A program made the translations under genes and the position numbers. Shown piece after piece: positions 50,801 through 60,254 of a DNA stretch of 64,000 nucleotides; within the stretch, counting starts at the first letter, position 1, and every line of letters starts with the position of its first letter. The DNA lies in NCBI GenBank assembly GCA_964187785.1, contig OZ076409.1, positions 95,544,001 to 95,608,000 of the forward strand, given 5' to 3'. The DNA comes from Amphiscolops sp. MND2022 (lineage: Eukaryota). A model generated the notes under the pieces. That model searched no databases, was not told where the DNA came from, and saw only the letters and a list, made by a program, of their open reading frames with translations.

Positions 50801-53800
50801 TCGACTGCCATTTCTCCGCGCTCGAGCTAGCAATTTCTCTCTGCGTAGATCGCTTTGTGTCAACAAGATTGATACCTCATCCATCTGCTGCTCTAGGGTC
50901 TCTAGCTTTTGGTTCACTGACTGACAAGTCTGAAAACTGGTTTCATGGAGAAAAGACATTCTCGACGACGATACTGAACTAGGACTAGAAGTCTTTATGC
51001 TCATCTCCGGCTCGGTATCCTGAGAGTTAAATGGCATTGAGTCTAGAAAAACTGAGACAAGTTTGAAACTATCCTCCAAAGGCCAATCTTCTAAGTTCAG
51101 ATCCTCTAACTTCGTCTATCTGTCATGTTCATCTACCATTTGAGATTCACATTCTGTTTTCAAAACGGGTTCAGCGATTGGTGGTGCTGCACTGACACAA
51201 TCGTCCCCCTTGAAAAAGGAACGGAAGCAGTCTAAGACCTTCCACAAATTCATTCCAGCTTCAGATAGGTTCAAACTGCCTGACTACCCAAAATTAGACT
51301 CAGGGTCACAGTCAAGATGAGTTCTAAGGGTCACAGCGTGCTGAAAATTGCTCCTCCACGCCTTTCACGCTGTGCGTTGAGCTGGAAAATTGTGCGCTTG
51401 AGCACAATGATGATGTCGTGTCGGATAGTGTACACAAAACAAACAGTCGAGCTGTCTATTGACCTCTCAACCTTAAGCAATTTGAGTGTGTTGCAATCAC
51501 CCAAAAGTGTTCTTTGCAAAAGTGACCTGTTAATCGGTGTTTGTTTTACCTGGCATAGCAGAAAAACACCGAATTAGGACACCTGAGTGGTCAAAAAGGG
51601 TTCACACTCGGGCAACTTGGGTAAATATTTGTCTCCAGGAGATGACTCCTCTCAAAATCTCGTAATTTTGGTTAAGTTGGATCCCTCAGGGTAGTTTCAG
51701 GAAATTCAAACCCCTGTTTGGGCTCACAGCGTAACGCCTTGAGATGAGATGTTCTGGATGAAAAAATTCAGTCGGAAGTGCGTCACAATCACTTAAAACC
51801 TCCGAAAATTTATAACCCCTGTCGGCCATTTTTTGGAACCGTGGGACTTGCCTCGTTTGCACCCAGGAAGACCTACCAGGTCCGTTTGGTTGGAAAATGA
51901 AGGCTTTTGGTCTCTGCCTTCCGTACAGAGGGAGTACTAAGCTTTTATGTTTTCATTTTTTTGACGGTTTTTCGGGATATTGGCCCAAACGTGTCTCTGA
52001 GCACAGTCAAACTCAGTTCTATCAGGTGTACTGGGTGAAAAACTGCGCAGCGTGTTTGCTCTGTCACGCAAGTTGGAAAATTGACTTCCCAAAGCTGATA
52101 ACTACGTCCAGCTACAAGCTAGAGTCTTTTTCACCAATTTTTTGAAATTTTCAAACTTTCTGAAATTTACTCAAGTGGCTCGTACTAAGAGTGGAAGCGT
52201 AGGATCGGGCTCAAAATTTAACCACGCGAACCTTGTAAAACCAGGTGCACAGCAATGAGCACTGATGGGGTCTCAGACCATTGGATCACTTTCAGACACA
52301 GTACAGGCTTTCCGTATCGACGTGTCTCAACTGACACGATTTTTCAGTGTGCAATCAATGACTCTCATCCACAATGCTGAGCTGTCGAGCTTGTTTTTTC
52401 AGCAACGGTGAACCCAATGACACTGACAACAATGGTCCAGAGCAATGTGGTCCCAACTTTCCGATGAGATGCGCCGATAACTCAAAAAATGTTCAAATTC
52501 GTTACAATACACAGGATATCACAACTGTAAGTAACAAAATGCTATGTCCCAGCAAAGCAGCACAGTCAATACTGGCCACGAATCGCTCGTATAGCAATGA
52601 ATTCACAACCAAGAGTTCTGACAAGGGGTTTTCCGCAGGTTTCTAACACGTATGGCTGGGTTTAATCCCACTTTCCCAATTCTCGTCTCGGTGAAACCTT
52701 AAGTCAAAAACACGATATGCACGTCTCAAGTTGGTCGAAATCACTTCTATGGGTCGGAGCGAGTTCACTCACGCAGTTGATACCAACCCACAAGTCCAGA
52801 AAATGAGTTTGGTTCAGAGTAACACGTTCTCTGAGACAAGCACGCGCTGTTTACAACAAATTTTGAACTTCCTCGGAGAGTACAAAAAACACAAGTTGCT
52901 CGGATTCGTCACTCGACAGTCGGATCTGGCTCAATGTTGACCAGGGGACCCTACAGACACGTAGGTACACGATGGTGAACGCTGATTTGGGTTCCGTGAC
53001 CTGTACACACTTTCCTCTGGGTACAGACATGCGGTACTCCTGTGTATCAGTAGGGGTCAAAATGCACTGTAATCACACAATTTCTGAGCACTGGTTGCAG
53101 TCAGCGGTCTGGTTTTTCCGCTAGCAGTGTACCAACCGGTACCAGGTACGTCAGTGAGCGGCAATTTGTTCTCACTCTCCAACTAAGGTATACGGGTCTT
53201 TCCAGAAAAAAAATGAAAACTTAGCCTTTTTGCACCCGTTTTTGTGCAGTACGTTTCCGTCAATTTCTCACTAAATACTGCACAGATCGTCACGAAACTT
53301 GATACACGCTCCCAGTGGGCAACCACAATGCTGGTATAACAGCTCAATGAAAGCTCTCGAGTTTACCGGGAACTTGGGCTAGGCGTGGACACGATCTCAG
53401 AAAAACGGTCTTTTTTGACGCTTTTTTCACAAATCGGCTAAGAGGGTCGACACTACAAATGTTACGGCAGGTTCAGTGGGGTTAACGCGTTGCCCCACTG
53501 GTCACAGTACTGCCACAAGCCCTCAATTAGTTGTGCCTGTTAGGTATAAGGCACTGTCGGTCCTACAGTTTCAGAAACTTTCGGCTATTTTAGCTCGTTC
53601 TGATGTTGAAACGTCATAGTGCTTTTCTCGACTTTGGTTGGCGCTAAGTCCAGCAAACTTTCGGTGCGAGCGTTTATTCCAATGGTGGTTGCGAAAATGC
53701 AACTAGTTTTTAGCTAGAGTTCGGGAATCAATGACCCGACCCTAACAATTGGACAGTCTGGTTTTGTGGAAATTTGATCAAATTCAGTGCGTTTTTCCAC

Positions 53801-55829
53801 TTTTCGCAGCACTGAATGGGAGTTTTTGCACGCGGTTTTCACCACTATGCGTTATTTTCTTATAAAAAAAAACAGAAAATGAGAGCGCATAGGCTCCCAG
53901 GACTCGAAAACACTAAGTGCCCTAGAGGTTTTAATTTTGCACACTGGCACTCCTGAAACTGGCCAAAAATCAGACAGCAGCATAGAAGAGGCGATTACAT
54001 CAATATCTGGCTCTTTCCCAGTAGCATTTCTTGGTGGTTTTTTGCCAATTTCGCCAAAAACCCGAGAGCGCCTACACTCGTACCAAGGAAAACCCTCAAA
54101 AATGCCAACATTGACGTTTTTGCTACTTTTGCACACAAAATCGGACTTTTCTCACTGAAAACGGTTGCAAAAGCACACACTAGGTTGCAACAGGGGAAAA
54201 CTAGCATGAACAAATGATTCCCAATTAAAAATTACACAATCGAAACAATTTTTCATACCATACTCCAAAAAATTGATTCTTCCGGAATGAGGGGTGGTAC
54301 CTTCGCCGTCTTTTTTCTCAACACCCAGACCAGCTAGAGAGAAACTATTTGAACCGTCGGCAACGTCAACACTTGTTCTTTTTTTCCACCAAAACCCGTC
54401 CTTCTTTGACGTCTGTAGCAGAAATGGTGAATGAGAGTCGGGAACTTTCGTTTCAGCTCATCTGTCAGTCAGATGGAATATGGCGCATCCATCAATTGAA
54501 TACCTCGTACATAGCCAAAAACGCTGAAATGAGCTGTAAAACACCTGTTACAACATGCGTAACGGCTTTCTAGCGGTTCGCTAAGCCATTACAAAGGTAC
54601 CCGCTGATAAGAACGTGCAATTTTAGACCATAACTGTCAACAAATACCTTTTACAAGAACATACCACAGGTATTCGGAAAGATCCCGTGAAAGATTGAAA
54701 AAATACCAAAATAAAACATCATATCATCTAAAAAACATGGAAAAACTCTGGGTAAACGTCTCCTTCCAGAGCTAAATCGTTTTGGCGTCAAACACCAGAG
54801 GGCCGGAATTTTTAAAACCATGAAGGAAAGCTTCCCAAAGACGATCCCTCTGTGGTCGCCAAAAAATGATGTTCCTATGTAATGAAAAGCGCTTAGCGTT
54901 TGTTCGCTACACAGGGTGGAGGAACTGATGCCATGGATTAAGATTCGGTACTAATCACCATAACTCCAGTCCATTTTGTCCTCCTAAGGAAGCCGGTCCC
55001 GAGGAGGGGGAACCGTCTCTAGGGATGCTCTGCGGCCTGTTCCAGTCTGTTACTGCTGAAAATAACGGGCATTAAGCTTTTTCTATTCATAACCACCGTC
55101 TAGACAGTCTTTAAAAACAATGCCAAGGATAAACAGTGTAAATTTCCAATCCAGGGTGAAATTCCAGGGTGACATGTGAATAAGGTCCAAAATGGGTACT
55201 AAGATCTAAACTGCGAAAACTAGCGCATGGGCTAGCTATAACCAGTAAAAACACATCAAAATAGGCACGAATATGGCCAACCACACAGCTACAAGCTGGG
55301 GCGCAGATACTCCAAGCACCAAAAAAGGATAATTAAGCGAAAAGACGCATTTTTCCAGTTCTTGCTACTTTGGGTAGCATAATTCTGAAAATCGGTAAAA
55401 ACCGGAGTAAGCACCTCAAAAAGAGTCTATTTATGAGTTTTTTTACCGCATGGGTTTCTACACTCCGTGTTCCCGTTCGGTCGTCTCCGCGGGCGGCTTG
55501 CTTCGTCTTCTGAACTGATTTTTGACAGGTACTTTGGCCAAAACATGCTCAATTTGCCACTTCAGATTTGAACGAATTCTTGGTCGATTTTTCTGAAAAC
55601 TCGTTGTACCACAGGCTTCCGTTACAGTGCATACATCGGATATGCCCCACATTATATTTTCGCTTTCAAAAAGTCTGTTTTTGCAGATGTAGACAACTGC
55701 CTTGCCCACTTTGCCGAATTTCGATGCCCAGTTTGTCGAATTTCGTTGCCCACTTTGCCGAAAATTAATTCGGCAAAATGGGCAAGGTAGGGACTCTTTG
55801 CCGAATTCGGCAAAATGGGTTTCGGCAAA
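47802..55829. mobile_element. ~8-kb segment bounded by ~165-bp inverted repeats with TTTGCCGAA subrepeats (Mutator/foldback-like)
   Basis: 47802-47968 is the reverse complement of 55667-55829 (GGCAAAGTGGGCAAGGCAGTTGTCTACATCTGCAAAAACAGACTTTT). Internal ~740-bp direct repeats at 48100-48836 and 54885-55623. No TSD or transposase seen. Confidence 0.55.
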
Positions 55830-56104
55830 CTGCATGCAATTGCAATTAATTGCGACTTTGAGGCATGCAGTTTCAATTAGCATATATCAAAAACACTGAG
55901 GGCAATTAGCAAATATCAATTAGTGCGATATTTTGTGCAATTTCGCAAATTTCCAGGGTTCAAAAAATGCAATTTTGGCTATCACCTTGAACTACAACGA
56001 CAATACTCTTTAAATCTATATATGTAATTTTTTTTAATACAATCCACTGGGGGGTTCTAATGTTCCAAGAAGAAAGCGTTGCATCCAGAAATTCGAATTA
56101 TATG

Positions 56105-56800
56105 TGAATCAACCAGAAAAACTGTTTTTTAGGAGTCGGAAAAAATTTTCGACTACTTATGCAATCGTGCTGTTTTTTTTTGTTTTTTTTTCTCCCGATC
56201 TTTTCATGAAAATTTCAAATTTCTCAAAATCTGTCCATACGATTTTCACGAAATTTTGCACAGTCATTCCACACCCAAAGGCGCCCCTGCATGTGCAAAG
56301 GCATCAAAATCGTATGGCTGGGATGTGAGAAACATAGCCAAAATTAGCCCAAAAATGGCCAAAAAACAGCCATTTTTCGACTTTTTTCAATTTTCTCAAA
56401 AACTGTCCACACGATTTGAACGAAATTTTCTACAGTTATTCTACACCATATTAGAGTCCCATATGTGCAATGGCATCAAAATCGTATAGCTGGGATGTGA
56501 GAAACATAGCCAAAATTAGCCCAAAAATGGCCAAAAAACAGTCATTTTTTGATTTTTTTTCGATTTTCTCAAACACTGTTCATATGATTCAAACGAAGAT
56601 TTCTACAGTCATTCTACACCATATTATGGTCCTTTATGTGCAATTTCATTAAATTCGTATAACTGGGATGTGAGAAAAGCCAAATTTAGCCCAAAAATGG
56701 CCAAAAAACAGTCATTTTTTGATTTTTTCGATTTTCTCACAAACTGTTCATACGATTCGAACGAAAGCGAGTCAGAAGGAAAAAGACTTAAGCCGACTCC
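56105..56800. repeat. ~172-bp tandem repeat (3+ copies)
   Basis: CGTAT..CTGGGATGTGAGAAA..GCCAAA.TTAGCCCAAAAATGGCCAAAAAACAG at 56311, 56483 and 56656. Confidence 0.9.
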
Positions 56801-56859
56801 TTTACCGCTATAACAACGGCGTTGTTAGTGATACGTCGAATGATTGGTGAGATTAAATA

Positions 56860-56940
56860 AGCCACTTGGTCTAAGGGTTTAGGCGCTTGACTGCTAGCTA
56901 GATCTGTCTTGAGATGCAGGTTCGAGTCCTGTAATGGCTA
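56860..56940 (+). tRNA. tRNA-like gene (Ser-GCT/type-II derived) in TRIM 5' LTR
   Basis: Acceptor AGCCACT/AATGGCT (1 mismatch), A-box-like TGGTCTAAGGG, T-arm GCAGG-TTCGAGT-CCTGT, variable stem ATCT/AGAT, CTGCTA anticodon loop with poorly paired stem, TTTT immediately downstream (56941-56944). Confidence 0.8.
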
Positions 56941-57117
56941 TTTTCTCACAATCATGTCGAGCTTGGGTTGTTATACTGGTAGCCATTACATAAGTGGCTT
57001 GAATCCCCAGTTGTGTTGTGTTCAACTGGGAGCTGTGTGGCATCAGCTTCAGTTAGAAGGGGATAATATAACAACGGCGATGTTAGTGATAAGTCGAATG
57101 ATTGGTGAGATTAAATA

Positions 57118-57198
57118 AGCCATTTGGTCTAAGGGTTAAGGCGCTTGACTGCTAGCTAGATCTGTCTTGAGATGCAGGTTCGAGTCCTGTAATGGCTA
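57118..57198 (+). tRNA. tRNA-like gene (Ser-GCT/type-II derived) in TRIM 3' LTR
   Basis: Perfect acceptor AGCCATT/AATGGCT, D-stem GTCT/AGGC, T-arm GCAGG-TTCGAGT-CCTGT, discriminator A, TTTT at 57199-57202. Anticodon arm defective. Confidence 0.82.
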
Positions 57199-57659
57199 TT
57201 TTCTCACAATCATGTCGAGCTTGGGTTGTTATACCGCTTATGCGGCTCTGGTCTTTTATCTTGTGAAATTTCTATCTCCCCGGTAAAAATGGACATAATA
57301 TCTATAAATATTTATATCCATATAAAATTCGAACCATGTTTATTATCCCCCATCAATTATTTCGGACCATGTCATTTAATCCCCCCAAACTGTGGCGGGG
57401 AGATAAGACAGAAGGTTCAAACACCATTATGTCGACATCGTTTGCGCTGAAATTTGGTTCAATGAAATAATTTGAGCTATTTTGGACAATATTTATCAAA
57501 AAACTAAGGCATTTTTTCACCTGAAGTGTCCAAACAGTTGTAGCGACAGAGACAATCCTCTAAGTCCAAGCATTCAAATAATATTCATTTATTAATGAAA
57601 TCTTTTTATTCAAGAACAAAATGTGCTTTCGTGTTGGGGGGTTTGAAATTCCCAATAAG

Positions 57660-58060
57660 GGGGAACAGGAATAACGTCTAAGGAATAACGTCTAAAAGTC
57701 CACCGGGAATAACGTCTAAAGGAATAACATCTAAATCTGAAATGAACGGAAATAACGTCTAAAAAAACGGGAATAACGTCTAAAAAGTGGAATAACGTCT
57801 AAAAAGCGGAATAACGTCTAAAAAGAGGAATAACGTCTGAATCTGACATACGTTTAAAATGTCAAAAAACGATCAAAATACGTCTGAAAAACGGGAGTAA
57901 CGTCTAAAATTGGCAAAAACGTCTAAAATGTCAAAAAATCATCAAAATACGTGGCAGCGGGAAGAACGTCTGAGGAATAACATCTAAATACAAAATGGGA
58001 ATAACGTCTAAAATCAATCATTTTTTGAGACTAGCGTCTAAAGTTTTAGACGTTATTCGT
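57660..58060. repeat. GGAATAACGTCTAAA short-repeat cluster (probable subterminal repeats of a DNA element)
   Basis: More than 10 copies, plus an inverted copy TTTAGACGTTATTC near 58046. Confidence 0.85.
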
Positions 58061-58118
58061 TTCGAAAAAAGCTTTCTGAAAGCGAAAATATCAAAATGTG
58101 AAAAAATCAAAATATCAA

Positions 58119-58903
58119 ACGCTCGCCCTCACCGTCGCAAAGACCAGCTCTCACTGCGATCGCTTCGCGATCTCCGTTCCCGCTAGGTCTTTGCTCCTGT
58201 TCGACCTCGCTTAGCAAGATGGGAACTTAAGCGGCACCAAGGGGCCGCGGGGCACTAGAAGGAATGGGGACATATCCGAGGGACGTTTTATATTTTATAT
58301 CACTTTTTAGTTTTAGATCTTAAACGATTTATTTTTTTCCAATTCAATTTGTTTTTCCCGTTTCTCAGTCGTATTTCGATGACTTTCGGATATTTTGGGC
58401 GTTTTTTCATGGACTTTGTACGTTATTCCTTTTTTCGGACGTATTTGCATAGTTTTTTGATATTTTTTCGATTTAGGTACAAATACCCATCAGACACATA
58501 GACTTTTGCTCGTATTCCGTGGCCTCCGATTATTTCATAGTTCATTCCTGAAAACTAGAGCAAGTCAAGGGTTACCAGTCACTTGGTTTAATACCATTTG
58601 GCTTAATTTTTTCGTCGAGTCATTTGGCCTAAAAATTTTAAGCCAAGTGACCACAAAATTAAGCCAACTCCATTCCAACTCAAGGAATAAATATGTCAAC
58701 TCCCGGAAATATCATAATGTGGGGCATATGCGGTGTATGCACGCTCGCCCTCACCGTCGCAAAGACCAGCTCCCACTACGATCGCTTCGCGATCTTCGTT
58801 CCGCTAGGTCTTTGCTCCTGTTCGACCTCGCTTAGCAAGATGGGAATATGAGCGGCCCCAAGGGGCCGCAGGGCACTAGAGGAAATGGGGACATATGCGA
58901 GGG
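58119..58903. repeat. Two copies of a ~165-bp GC-rich repeat (58119-58283, 58741-58903); a deleted inverted copy at ~48000-48092
   Basis: ACGCTCGCCCTCACCGTCGCAAAGACCAGCTC...CAAGGGGCCGC.GGGCACTAGA shared. Confidence 0.85.
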
Positions 58904-60009
58904 GTACTTGATATGACGTTATAATAATACGCTGACTACGTTATAAAGATAAATTCGACAAAATCTGCAACGTGTTTTCAACTGTTGGCGCCAGTCATCA
59001 GCAGGCAAAGAAACTCGGTTTAGACCATGCTGAGTGAGAAACAAGACTTAAACTTTTGAAAACTTAGATGAAATTTTGAAGAAATTCCAATCATCACAAA
59101 ATTGGAAAACCCCTCCAAACGGGTTTTCTCGACAACTATTAACCATAGAGCCACGAAACTTGGCACACATATGCAGGTACATAACACAAACACACCGGCC
59201 ATTTCAAGGTCATTCACCCATTATAACCCCCTTTATCCCTCACATGTGTGATATTCAAGGTCATTGTGCCAATAATGTAAACATTGCTATTTACTTATAT
59301 GACCGCATTAGAATGTAACTCTGTTGCAATTAATGATATTTAGATAGTGTAAACATGCTTTTGAGACCACCTGACCAACATGCCAAAACCACCATGTGCT
59401 TTGTTTACTTAGCCAATAACTTCATTTTATGCTTTAAATGTCATTTATTTATACCACATATTTCAACTTATATTTGCTTATATTTACTGTAGAATTGTAA
59501 ACGATATGTATACCATTATTAGATAGAGATTTTCTCCACTGAATAGCTATAGTCAAGTTGGGTCTCAGGACCGCGAGACTAATTAATCAACTTCTCAATC
59601 TTCACAACTTTTCGCTAGAGTCAGAGCGACTAAGTAGCTACTCTCATAGTTGGAGAGCCGGAGCGCGTGAAGATACAGTGAGGGAAGTGTGTTCAGGATC
59701 ACATCGGATCCAATTCAGTGCAAAGCGGAATCGCAGGAGATTCCACGGGTCACATCGGACCCATCAAGCCAAAAGATACAGTCCTTTAAAACAAAAAAAC
59801 CAGGAATTGTTTAGTGACGGTCCACAGCACTAAGCAACGGATCAGGGCGGCGTAAAGCTTGTCAAGCCTCAGCGCAGGATAAAGGCAAGCAGCCGTTACA
59901 TTTGGTCCACCGACCCGGACAACTCGTTGGTGGACGACCCGGACTAGAAGAAGACGACTCGTTGGTGGACAACTGAGAAGATTGCCCAGGAAGAACAAGT
60001 ATCTGATTC

Positions 60010-60235
60010 TTGGAGTCTCTGACTTTGTGTCTCTGGGAGATTGGGCTACTCTGTCTCTGGGAGATTGGGCTACTGTGTCTCTGGGAGTTTGGGCTATTGT
60101 GTCTCTGGGAGATTGGGCTTTTGTGTCTCTGGGAGATTGGGCTATTGTATCTCTGGGAGTTGGGCTTTTGTGTCTCTGGGAGATTGCGCTATTGTGACGA
60201 CTCTGGGAGTTTGGGCAATTGTGACTTTGGGAACT
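60010..60235. repeat. 24-bp tandem repeat (~9 copies) in the BEL 5' leader
   Basis: Repeated TGTGTCTCTGGGAGATTGGGCT(A/T)(C/T) units immediately upstream of the gag ATG. Confidence 0.9.
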
Positions 60236-60254
60236 GTTTTGGTCAAGTGAAGAA

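Larger units (their letters stand above)
56809..57233 (+). mobile_element. Miniature non-autonomous LTR retrotransposon (TRIM) with tRNA-containing LTRs
   Basis: Two 167-bp direct repeats (56809-56975, 57067-57233; 4 substitutions), each with inverted ends TATAACAAC...GTTGTTATA. PBS TGGTAGCCATTACA at 56977-56990, 1 nt after LTR1. PPT AGAAGGGGA at 57055-57063 just before LTR2. 4-bp TSD CCGC at 56805-56808 and 57234-57237. 91-bp non-coding interior. Confidence 0.93.

Noticed and set aside
49938..51079. LINE ORF1/APE endonuclease
   Set aside because: No APE or zinc-knuckle motifs found; the region instead matches the unidentified repeat at ~20040-20400.
56809..57233. Simple tandem pair of tRNA genes or tRNA-SINEs
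   Set aside because: Inverted LTR ends, PBS, PPT and a single flanking TSD define an LTR element; there is no SINE-type tail.
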